NCBI GenBank assembly: GCA_031409655.1
Contig: JANNXQ010000230.1
Coordinates: 1 to 38,713 of the forward strand
From: Chthoniobacteraceae bacterium
GTDB taxonomy: Bacteria > Verrucomicrobiota > Verrucomicrobiia > Chthoniobacterales > Chthoniobacteraceae
Direction: 5' to 3'
Length of the DNA: 38,713 nt
Of the stretch, positions 1-7,225 are shown in pieces. The notes under the pieces were generated by a model that did no database searches, was not told the DNA's origin, and was given only the letters and a program-made list of their open reading frames with translations. The stretch's first letter is position 1, and each line of letters opens with the position of its first letter. The translations under genes and the position numbers were made by a program.

Positions 1-249
1 AGCAGCCAGCCGGTCCGCCTCGAGATCCTCGACCGAGTAATTCAACGGCACCTTGTGCTGCACCCGGAAATTCTCCGCCGACCAGTAGTCCCCGCCCACC
101 CCGGCCAGTTCACCCATCCGGCGCAGCGAGATTTTCCCCTCACGATAGAGATCGAGCGCCAGCGACTCGCGCGCCCGCCGCTCGCGCTCCTCGGTGGAAG
201 CGCCGAGCACCTCGGCAAATTCGTCCGGGAGCGAAATCGTGAGGCTCAT
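1..249 (-). CDS. UPF0175-family putative antitoxin (3' end runs off window)
   Basis: Not in the ORF track. Manual translation from ATG 249: MSLTISLPDEFAEVLGASTEERERRARESLALDLYREGKISLRRMGELAGV...HKVPLNYSVEDLEADRLAA. The 'ALxLYxxGxISL' and 'YSxEDLExD' motifs are typical of UPF0175, usually paired with DUF3368 PIN proteins. Confidence 0.8.
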   Translation of the reverse strand, partial: MSLTISLPDEFAEVLGASTEERERRARESLALDLYREGKISLRRMGELAGVGGDYWSAENFRVQHKVPLNYSVEDLEADRLAA

Positions 250-256
250 GGGCCGG

Positions 257-285
257 ATCCTAGCCAGTGCCGCGCTGGAGAGCAA
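257..285 (-). promoter_or_regulatory. Putative sigma70 promoter (leaderless type) for the UPF0175 gene
   Basis: TTGCTC-N17-TAGGAT, then 7 nt to ATG 249. Confidence 0.55.
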
Positions 286-397
286 GCCAGCCCCGTGGAT
301 CGAGCGGTCCGACGAGACCGAGTTGCGGGAGCAACTGCGTGGCTCCGATTTGATGGAGATGCAGCGGCGGCCCGGTATCGGCGACGAACAGCCTCAC
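260..397 (-). pseudogene. Truncated PIN-domain (DUF3368-like) toxin, N-terminal fragment only
   Basis: GTG at 397 overlaps the TGA of the RHH gene (GTGA). It translates MRLFVADTGPPLHLHQIGATQLLPQLG..., resembling the DUF3368/PIN start 'VxDTxPLxxLxxIGxxxLL', and ends after 45 aa. Confidence 0.65.
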
Positions 398-606
398 CGC
401 GGAGGCTGCGGTGGCTTGACCTCCGCGAGCGCCGCCGCGATGTCGTCCATCTGATGCCGCTCCTGCAAAGCAAACCGGCGATGGCTCAGATAATCCCGCA
501 AAGCCTCGCGGGCGACCTCCCCGGCATCCCGAAAGCCGCCATCCACCACCGCATCATCGAGCGCCGCGGCCAGCGGGTCGGGGAGTTCGAGAGCGAGCGT
601 TTTCAT
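394..606 (-). CDS. Ribbon-helix-helix (CopG/ParD-like) antitoxin, 70 aa
   Basis: MKTLALELPDPLAAALDDAVVDGGFRDAGEVAREALRDYL shows a beta-strand + two-helix RHH pattern. Start placed at ATG 606 rather than 714 because a promoter motif lies directly upstream. Confidence 0.75.
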   Translation of the reverse strand: MKTLALELPDPLAAALDDAVVDGGFRDAGEVAREALRDYLSHRRFALQERHQMDDIAAALAEVKPPQPPR

Positions 607-612
607 AGGGGC

Positions 613-642
613 AAAGTAGGCGCACCGCGACGGCTCCAGCAA
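613..642 (-). promoter_or_regulatory. Putative leaderless sigma70 promoter for the RHH gene
   Basis: TTGCTG-N18-TACTTT, then 6 nt to ATG 606. Confidence 0.5.
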
Positions 643-723
643 GCGGCAGCTCGAAGCGACCGGCTGGGGCATCGCTGCGCTGCGCTCCTCCTCGGGGAAG
701 AAATCGGTCTTCATCGTCGCAGC

Positions 724-752
724 TTTACCCCGCCGGGATCACGCCTTACGCT
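724..752 (+). promoter_or_regulatory. Putative leaderless sigma70 promoter for the DUF433/DUF5615 pair
   Basis: TTTACC-N17-TACGCT, then 6 nt to ATG 759. Confidence 0.55.
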
Positions 753-758
753 GCCGCC

Positions 759-977
759 ATGCTCGATTGGTCCACATGCAAATCTGTCGAACGCGTGCCC
801 GGGCGAGTCAGCGGCGCGTGGGTGTTCAAAGGCACGCGCCTGCCGGTGCGGTCGCTGTTTGAAAACATCGAGGCCGGCGCCACCGTGGATCAGTTCCTCG
901 CATGGTATGAAGGCGTCACTCGCGAGCAGGTGCTCGAAGTCCTGCGCCACGCCGAGCAGAGCCTCGCCGCCGCGTGA
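759..977 (+). CDS. DUF433-family antitoxin
   Basis: VERVPGRVSGAWVFKGTRLPVRSLFENIEAGATVDQFLAWYEGVTREQV matches the DUF433 pattern 'PxxxxGxPxxxGTRxPV...GxsxeEilxxYP.l'. Confidence 0.9.
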   Translation: MLDWSTCKSVERVPGRVSGAWVFKGTRLPVRSLFENIEAGATVDQFLAWYEGVTREQVLEVLRHAEQSLAAA

Positions 978-1294
978 TGCGGATCCTTTTCGACCAAGGC
1001 ACGCCCGTCCCGCTTCGGCGCTCGTTGCCCACGCACCACGTCGAGACCGCATGGCAGCGCGGATGGGCGGAACTCTCCAATGGCGATCTGCTTTCCGCCG
1101 CGGAGTCTGCCGGGTTTGACCTCCTGGTCACCACCGACCAAAACCTGCGCTACCAGCAAAATCTTTCCGCCCGCCAGATCGGCATCCTCGTTCTCACCGT
1201 CGCCAACTGGCCAACCCTCGAACCGCACGCCGCGGACATCGCCGTCACGGTCGATGCCATGCAGCCGGGTGCCTTCCGTGAGTGGTCCCCGTAA
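977..1294 (+). CDS. DUF5615 / VapC45-like PIN-domain toxin
   Basis: MRILFDQGTP...GWAELSNGDLLSAAESAGFDLLVTTDQNLRYQQNL; TGATG translational coupling to DUF433. Confidence 0.85.
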   Translation: MRILFDQGTPVPLRRSLPTHHVETAWQRGWAELSNGDLLSAAESAGFDLLVTTDQNLRYQQNLSARQIGILVLTVANWPTLEPHAADIAVTVDAMQPGAFREWSP

Positions 1295-1403
1295 CGCGGA
1301 CAGCCGGGGACAGGGCTAGGCAATCCTCCCGCGCTAAGCCGCGAGCGCCCGTGCGATGCGCGCCAGCGTCGGCGCGTACAAAGCGACAGGTCATTTATCG
1401 CTG

Positions 1404-2627
1404 TCAGGCAGGCGGAGCAGCGCGTTGTTTCGGCAGCTCATAAGAGGGGTCTTTGCGAAAATCACGCAGTTCGTCGCGAAGACACAAATGATCCCGGGTC
1501 GGTAGCTCCTTCAGAAGGTAGAGCACGTAATCGATTGCGAGTTTCTTTCCCTTCGGTTGAATCCTCTCGTTGACCCAAACGGTCCCGTCCAAAACTCCGC
1601 CCGGATTCTTCCATTCCAAGTTTTCCAGCGCCCACTTGAAGACGGGCAATTTGTCTTTGCTGAGAAAGTGAACATAGAGCCGGGCCAGCAATTCAAGGCC
1701 GATAGGGCGGAAAACGAGATTCCGATTCCCTTTTCGTTCCTTAGCAGGCGTCGTCTTGTGTTCGATGAAGTAACGATGCAAAGCAGGTTCGTGGACGATG
1801 ATGAAATCGAAGAACTCGGAAACGATCTTTTGAAAGCTGCTCACGTTCTCTGGGGCGGTTTCGGCACTCCCAGGCGGGCGCTTGAACAACCGCTTCAGCT
1901 TTTGGCAAACCGTGAAGATCGTAAGCAGGCTCGTGAAGTAGTCCTTCCCGCCTTTCGCCACGAATTCGATCTTTTCTGTCACCGCGATTTCGCTGCCTTT
2001 TTTGAAGCGAGGATATTCCGCGAACAGCCGCCGCGTGACGATGGCGCACAGATCGTCTTCATCAATAATGACCCTGTCGCCTTTTGAGACCGGCACAGCG
2101 TTTTTGTTGATGTCACAAAACAAGCGTCGAGTGCGCACTTTTCCCGGCGCAGTTTCGAGATGTGCGAGAAAAATCACCGGATACTGGTCGGTCTTAAGGC
2201 GGTCGCCGAAATCACTCTTACCTCTTCGAATTCCCTCCACGCGATGCTGCCCATCGATCGCAAATATCTTCTCCGAACCCGAGAAGGTCAGCAAGCCCAT
2301 GGAAGCCTTCGCAACGGACACATCGTCAAGGCCGAGCTTTTCCGCAACCGTGGACAAGTCGAACTCCGTCCAGTTAGGGGCAGCGTCGAATACTCCCAAC
2401 AGAATCGCGTTGAAGAAGCGTGACTCGCGAGCCTTGAGATACTTCACGATCTTCTCAACGCGAGGTTTGAGGTCGCGTTGGAGATAGTCATCCAGAGCTT
2501 TCGCTTCCCGGATGTCCTTCGATTTCATCACATAGTTGGCGATTTGCTCAGCGGACATCAGTGATGGGTAAAACACCCAATCGCCGAGAACGCCTCGAAG
2601 GGCTGCCGTGTGCCAAGGGGTCTTCAT
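1404..2627 (-). CDS. DGQHR-domain protein (DndB-like)
   Basis: YLQRDL, RFFNAILLGV, FAIDGQHRVEGI and RRLFCDINKNAVPV are DGQHR/DndB family motifs. Codon usage is less GC-biased than the backbone. Confidence 0.85.
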   Translation of the reverse strand: MKTPWHTAALRGVLGDWVFYPSLMSAEQIANYVMKSKDIREAKALDDYLQRDLKPRVEKIVKYLKARESRFFNAILLGVFDAAPNWTEFDLSTVAEKLGLDDVSVAKASMGLLTFSGSEKIFAIDGQHRVEGIRRGKSDFGDRLKTDQYPVIFLAHLETAPGKVRTRRLFCDINKNAVPVSKGDRVIIDEDDLCAIVTRRLFAEYPRFKKGSEIAVTEKIEFVAKGGKDYFTSLLTIFTVCQKLKRLFKRPPGSAETAPENVSSFQKIVSEFFDFIIVHEPALHRYFIEHKTTPAKERKGNRNLVFRPIGLELLARLYVHFLSKDKLPVFKWALENLEWKNPGGVLDGTVWVNERIQPKGKKLAIDYVLYLLKELPTRDHLCLRDELRDFRKDPSYELPKQRAAPPA

Positions 2628-3241
2628 ATCAGTCCAAACGCTTTCTGCTGTGTTTTGATGTCCACCGGCCAGTCTCGCCGGTCGTAACGGGGATAGATGA
2701 AGCCGTGAAGTGTTTCTTCCAGAGCTTCCAAATCAGCGCTTGAACGGTTGATGAGACTGTAAGCTACTCGCAAGACTCCGTAGTAGCGGCGGATCATGCT
2801 GTCGATTTGAGTTCGCTTCGCGAGGCCTGAGATTCTGCCCGGGAGATAATCTTTAAGGCGTTCGCGAAGGGGTCTGCTGCTCCCAGATTCATTGGAGATG
2901 CCGACATAGAGCGCGAAAGTCGGAAACCCGCTGAGCAACATCTCTGGCCGAATGTAAAAAATGTAGAGGCCCGGGTCTTTGCTTTTAATCACCCTGTCGA
3001 GAACTGCTGGCGTGCTGATGTCTGCGTACCGAAATTCCTCCCACTTGAGATCGAAAGCCCATTGCGGTGGCTGGTGTCGCTGCCAGAGAACGGGATCTGT
3101 GCAGAACTCCTCGCGATAGCTTTTGAAGCGCACTGCGTCGGGATACGACTGCCATGCGGTGAAGGCGTCAGGGATGTGAGCATCCAAGATATCGAGCGTC
3201 GCCGCGGGAATACTTGTGATTGGCCCCGTTCCGTTGCTCAT
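2624..3241 (-). CDS. GIY-YIG nuclease-family protein (about 205 aa)
   Basis: PGLYIF...LYVGIS...LRERLKDY...LEALEETL fits the GIY-YIG motif with conserved Arg and Glu. Likely start ATG 3241 (MSNGTG); ATGA overlap with the DGQHR gene. Confidence 0.7.
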   Translation of the reverse strand: MSNGTGPITSIPAATLDILDAHIPDAFTAWQSYPDAVRFKSYREEFCTDPVLWQRHQPPQWAFDLKWEEFRYADISTPAVLDRVIKSKDPGLYIFYIRPEMLLSGFPTFALYVGISNESGSSRPLRERLKDYLPGRISGLAKRTQIDSMIRRYYGVLRVAYSLINRSSADLEALEETLHGFIYPRYDRRDWPVDIKTQQKAFGLI

Positions 3242-3246
3242 TGGGT

Positions 3247-3495
3247 TTACTGATTCGCTTCCATGAAAATGCGCCGCACGTCGCGGTAGTGACTCGCGAA
3301 CGTCTCGCGATCCGCTTCGAGAATCGCCCACGCTTCATGTGCTTCGCGCTGCAACTCTGCCGCGCTCTGCCAGTCCAGCGTGCTGTGGAAAATGTGGTTG
3401 CGCATGATGTCTTCGACCATTTCCGCGTCCTCGCTTGAGCAACGTAGTTCGGCGATGATTTGTTTCTTATATGGGCCGATAAATGGCTCGGGCAT
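3247..3495 (-). CDS. Small hypothetical protein, 82 aa
   Basis: 3' part of track ORF 3247..3987, from ATG 3495: MPEPFIGPYKKQIIAELRCSSEDAEMVEDIMRNHIFHSTLDWQSAAELQREAHEAW... It fills the gap between neighbours with 11-bp and 5-bp spacers. Confidence 0.6.
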   Translation of the reverse strand: MPEPFIGPYKKQIIAELRCSSEDAEMVEDIMRNHIFHSTLDWQSAAELQREAHEAWAILEADRETFASHYRDVRRIFMEANQ

Positions 3496-3506
3496 GGCTT
3501 GCGGGT

Positions 3507-5054
3507 TCAGCTTCCCGGCTCCCAGCAGCGGATGCGCTCCGGGGTGTGGCCGGGAAGTTTTACGAAGGCGACGCCGGGTGGGAGGTAGGTGTCGCTGAAT
3601 TCGCTGGCTTGGAGCTTGCGGCCGAAGACGCCTTGCAGGGCGCCGAGGCCTTTCTGCGTCTGGGCGCAAGCGAAGGCGATCACGGCGCCGAGCTGCGTGG
3701 TGAAGTCGTCGGTCTGGCCCTCGAAGTCGCTCGGGTCTTGCGAGAGGAGCATGACCACGGAGCCTTTCGAGCGGCCCTGGCGCACGAGATCGACCAGCGA
3801 TTCGGAGCGGCGTTCCTTGAGCACCTTGCGCGCTTCGTCGAGCACGAGGAGATGGCGGAAGACGCGGAAGCCGCCCGTCACCGGGGTGTCGGCCTGATCG
3901 AGCAGGTAGGCGCTCACGGCATCGAGCAGCACGAGCGTGACGAGCCGCTTCAACTCCTCGGGCAGCCCCTTGAGGCTCACGATCCACGACTGGCTGAAGA
4001 ATTGCGCCGGCTGGAACTTCGCCTCGAAGCAGCTCAGGTGGGTCAGCTCGTTGAGCCGGCTGACAATACTGTCGTTCTCCTTCCCGGCGGCGCGGAGATC
4101 CTGCTCGTAGGCGTCGCGCACCGTTTCGAGGTTACGGTCGCCGCCGTCGGTGATCACGCGTTCGATGGCCGTGCGGAGGAGGTCCTTTTGCAAATCGCCG
4201 GGTGACTTGCAGCAGAGCACCAGCGTGTCGCGCAGGCGCATCGCTGCCCGGGCGATCTTGTTCTGCCCGGATTCGCGTCGCGGGAGAAAATCGAGCGGCA
4301 CAGGATCGGTGCCCGCTTCCACGGCGCCGACGTTGGGAAGCCCTGCGAAAGATCCGGTCGGACGCCCATCGGCGACGAATTCGCCCTTCGGATCGATGAA
4401 GAGAAACGGAATCTGCGCCTGCCGCGCGAGTTCGAGCGCGATCTGCACGCCTGTCGTCGTCTTGCCCCGACCGATCGCGCCCATGAGCGCGAGGTGCGGC
4501 GGGACACCGGGGCCATTGATGACGAAGTCGATCGGCTTGTCGCCGGGATGCGTGCGGCTGACGGAGCCAACCTTGAGTCGAATCTCCCCGGCCACGCCAC
4601 TGGTGGGCAGGAATGGTATGTCGATGGGCGAACCCGCTCCGGGCAGCCACTCCGCGAGCCGCTGCACGAGCTTGAGTTCATTGCCGCCACAGCGTTCCAG
4701 TTCCTCGCGGACGAGCATAAACCCACGAGCCCAGTGCGCCTCGGTGTGCGCGCGGAATTCTTCGACGGACGACTCCAGGGTCAGCTTGCCATCAAGGATG
4801 AGGGCGCTGAGCCATAGGTCATCGTCGCTGCCAAAGAGGTTTTCCCCGGGGATCGCCCGCGGATGATACTTCTTACCGGGCGGCAGCGGATCGGGCTGAG
4901 AGGGCTCGGCCAGCGAACGCCCAATGAGCAGACGCGCCGCTTCATAACGATACTGGAGGCCGTAAACGGTCCGCACTTTCTCCTCAAAGGCCGCAGACTC
5001 CTCCGTCGCCTTGAACTGCGCCTTCCACACCTGCTCCTTGAATTCGAGGTTCAT
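3507..5054 (-). CDS. DndE-like domain fused to a HerA/FtsK-superfamily ATPase
   Basis: N-terminal ~135 aa are DndE-like (ARLLIGRSLAE...GENLFG...AHWARG). C-terminus has PHLALMGAIGRGKTT (Walker A), FIDPKGEF, LLVLDEA (Walker B) and RQGRSKG...LLSQ (arginine finger region). It starts 3 nt after the dndD remnant. Confidence 0.75.
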   Translation of the reverse strand: MNLEFKEQVWKAQFKATEESAAFEEKVRTVYGLQYRYEAARLLIGRSLAEPSQPDPLPPGKKYHPRAIPGENLFGSDDDLWLSALILDGKLTLESSVEEFRAHTEAHWARGFMLVREELERCGGNELKLVQRLAEWLPGAGSPIDIPFLPTSGVAGEIRLKVGSVSRTHPGDKPIDFVINGPGVPPHLALMGAIGRGKTTTGVQIALELARQAQIPFLFIDPKGEFVADGRPTGSFAGLPNVGAVEAGTDPVPLDFLPRRESGQNKIARAAMRLRDTLVLCCKSPGDLQKDLLRTAIERVITDGGDRNLETVRDAYEQDLRAAGKENDSIVSRLNELTHLSCFEAKFQPAQFFSQSWIVSLKGLPEELKRLVTLVLLDAVSAYLLDQADTPVTGGFRVFRHLLVLDEARKVLKERRSESLVDLVRQGRSKGSVVMLLSQDPSDFEGQTDDFTTQLGAVIAFACAQTQKGLGALQGVFGRKLQASEFSDTYLPPGVAFVKLPGHTPERIRCWEPGS

Positions 5055-5057
5055 AAA

Positions 5058-5324
5058 TCAGCGGCCGAAGTATGCGTCCGCCTGCACCGACGATCCTTTG
5101 GCCGCGCCTTCAAAGGTCACGAGAAACGTCTGCAAGGTCGCGCTCCGGATCGTCTCGGCGAGCCGCGGGGTGACTTCTTCGTCGTGGGTGAGAATGATGA
5201 CCTGATCGAGGTCGAAATTCTTCAGGGCGTCCAAGGTGCGCGGCCGATACTCCGAGTCGGCATTGCCGAGCGGGGTGTCGATGACCAGTGGGATGCGGGG
5301 GCGCGTGATCTCCGCGAGGGCCAG
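5058..5324 (-). pseudogene. dndD: dndD C-terminal remnant (88 codons)
   Basis: Not in the ORF track. Translation: LALAEITRPRIPLVIDTPLGNADSEYRPRTLDALKNFDLDQVIILTHDEEV...AYFGR*, matching the DndD end (IDTPLG, QVIIL..DEE, terminal YF). An in-frame TAG lies immediately upstream (5325-5327); Walker A, coiled coil and signature motif are absent. Confidence 0.8.
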
Positions 5325-5365
5325 CTAGAACACGAGATAGCGCAGCGTCGTTACTCCAATCACAG

Positions 5366-6292
5366 CTAAGGCCCGCATTCCCAATCGCATTCCAAACACT
5401 CGTATCCAGCGAAAAGCTTCGTTGACTCTTCGGCTAGGTACCAGAAGTCGTGCAGGTAGAATTCGCCACAGAAATTCCCGCACCGTTGGCAGGTGTTCGC
5501 AAGGTATCGCTCCTTAACTACGTTGCTAAAACGTTCGCGCAAGATTGCACCATGCTGTCGCGCCACCGAGACGGCATGGGCGTTGAACTCGCCCGGCCCG
5601 GCCATTCCCCCTTCACCATACCCGAAAGCGATTTTCATCGCGGCTCGGCACTTCCAACACTCGCCATCGACAACGTGGATTTCGACGTCGAACAGCGGAG
5701 CTTTGCATTTGGGACACTTACTCCGCGTGCAAACACTGCCTACCTTCGCATCGAGTTTGGTGAGCGGTCGCAGTGTGTCGAGGCTGCTGTCGTCAGTGAT
5801 GTGATACTCAAGCATTCCGATTTTCTCCTGCGTGCAGAAATCGCGAACATGATCTTCCGGCGCGTGTGAAACCACCACCCCAATGATCGCAACGGGTCGC
5901 GCGTGTTCATCAAACAACGTCAGGTCGGGCCGACAGGTAGTGAACGAATGCTCAAGGCAGACGCTACGCGCCTTTTTCAAAAGATTGCCGCGGTGCCCGC
6001 TTCCGCATCGTGAGCACTCCCACGACACGGTGACCTCGCGTTGCTCTGCAATGGCGTGTTCAATCTCTTCGCAAAGGAGAATTTTCGCGGTCCGATGAAG
6101 CGCGGTTTCAGGGTTGCAGCTCACGTCAGGCCGATGAGCGAAATGGTGCCGCATCTTCATGCCTTTGCGCGCAATGAGCGGTGACAAACATGCCGGGCAG
6201 GCTCCGCCGTGCCCACTGCCGCTCGCTACTTCGGAAATGTGGACCAAACGGCCATCGCGAAGGGCGAAAGGAATCTTGAGCGTGGTTTTCAC
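5366..6292 (-). CDS. CoiA-like Zn-finger / PD-(D/E)XK nuclease-family protein
   Basis: FAL..GRLVHI..V...CPAC..PLIARKG...RHHFAH, ETALHRTAK and RPDLTL...AIIGVVVSH, plus several C-terminal CxxC pairs. Confidence 0.7.
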   Translation of the reverse strand: MKTTLKIPFALRDGRLVHISEVASGSGHGGACPACLSPLIARKGMKMRHHFAHRPDVSCNPETALHRTAKILLCEEIEHAIAEQREVTVSWECSRCGSGHRGNLLKKARSVCLEHSFTTCRPDLTLFDEHARPVAIIGVVVSHAPEDHVRDFCTQEKIGMLEYHITDDSSLDTLRPLTKLDAKVGSVCTRSKCPKCKAPLFDVEIHVVDGECWKCRAAMKIAFGYGEGGMAGPGEFNAHAVSVARQHGAILRERFSNVVKERYLANTCQRCGNFCGEFYLHDFWYLAEESTKLFAGYECLECDWECGP

Positions 6293-6298
6293 CGCAAG

Positions 6299-7222
6299 CT
6301 AGGCGCGAATGCCGGAACGGCTTCGATGCAGTCGGAGAGCTTCGCCAGAAGGCCGCAGTTTCGCTGCCGGATCGAATTGCAGGTGGCGTCCAGAGAAGCC
6401 GCTTAAGCGAAATGCTTCAGGTCCATGCTCTGTAAAAGCGCGAATGTTCACGATGATGCGGAGGTCTGAATCGGCGGACCAAAGCCCAGCGTCGAACATC
6501 CAGTGCGCGTTCTTCGAGAGGGCGAGGCCGTTAGTCGGGTCGTCATTCTGTGTGTCCGCCCATCCTTCAATGTGTGCGGCATCGACGATGGTGGAGCCGT
6601 CGCCAGTGACGCATCGGTAGCCAGTAAGCGCGCACGTATAGCGGTAGTCGGAGCACACGCGAACGGCAAAGCGGGCACTTCGACCTCTGCGCTTCGCTGC
6701 CTTCTCAGCTTCCTCCATCACCTGCCCAGTTGACGCTGAACTCCCATCACCGCCTTGAATGCCGAGACTCTCAAACAAAGCGACGCGCTCGACAGGATCG
6801 AAGTATTTCGTGATCACCACTACGCGCGCCTTTAAGCGGAAACCGGGATCGGAAAGCAGAGCGAACAACTCGGGATGCATCTCGCAAACAGTACAGGTGT
6901 CCGGCGAGCCCGCTGGCCGCATCTCCGCATCGAACGCCTCCCAAAATCCCTGCGTGTTCAGATGAAAGAAAGGCAGCCTCAGATCAAGGCGAGTAGGCCA
7001 GCGGTTGGTCACGAGTGCCCCGTAGCTGCGGAACCTGAGTACGAGTCCTGGACTGCGAGCGAAGGTGGAAGCCGGAAACTCGCCAGCCTCCACCATGTCC
7101 AATAGGCAGAGCAGTAGTAGTGGCTTGTGCGGAGCTTTCCCGCGGCATTCTCCGCGACCGTTCGCGGGATTCAGGCTCACGAGTTTTCCCAACCAACGTT
7201 TCGACTGCTCTTGCGCGCTCAC
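6299..7222 (-). CDS. SBD-HNH endonuclease (phosphorothioate-DNA-binding, type IV restriction-like)
   Basis: N-terminal KAPHKPLLLL...LPFFHL...GFW resembles the sulfur-binding domain of ScoMcrA-type proteins. C-terminal FAVRV...YRYTCALTG...VDAAHI...DDPTNGLALSKNAHWMFDAG is an HNH_2 domain. Confidence 0.8.
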   Translation of the reverse strand: MSAQEQSKRWLGKLVSLNPANGRGECRGKAPHKPLLLLCLLDMVEAGEFPASTFARSPGLVLRFRSYGALVTNRWPTRLDLRLPFFHLNTQGFWEAFDAEMRPAGSPDTCTVCEMHPELFALLSDPGFRLKARVVVITKYFDPVERVALFESLGIQGGDGSSASTGQVMEEAEKAAKRRGRSARFAVRVCSDYRYTCALTGYRCVTGDGSTIVDAAHIEGWADTQNDDPTNGLALSKNAHWMFDAGLWSADSDLRIIVNIRAFTEHGPEAFRLSGFSGRHLQFDPAAKLRPSGEALRLHRSRSGIRA

Positions 7223-7225
7223 CGC

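Noticed and set aside
607..714. N-terminal extension MKTDFFPEEERSAA... of the RHH ORF
   Set aside because: The RHH fold begins at Met 606, and a promoter motif lies within the extension.
55..1119. 354-aa plus-strand ORF
   Set aside because: It overlaps five recognisable TA genes or fragments in other frames and has no motif; a GC-rich shadow ORF.
1334..1381. Minus-strand fragment 'YAPTLARIARALAA*' resembling the end of an HTH protein
   Set aside because: Too short to assign, with no start or upstream homology.
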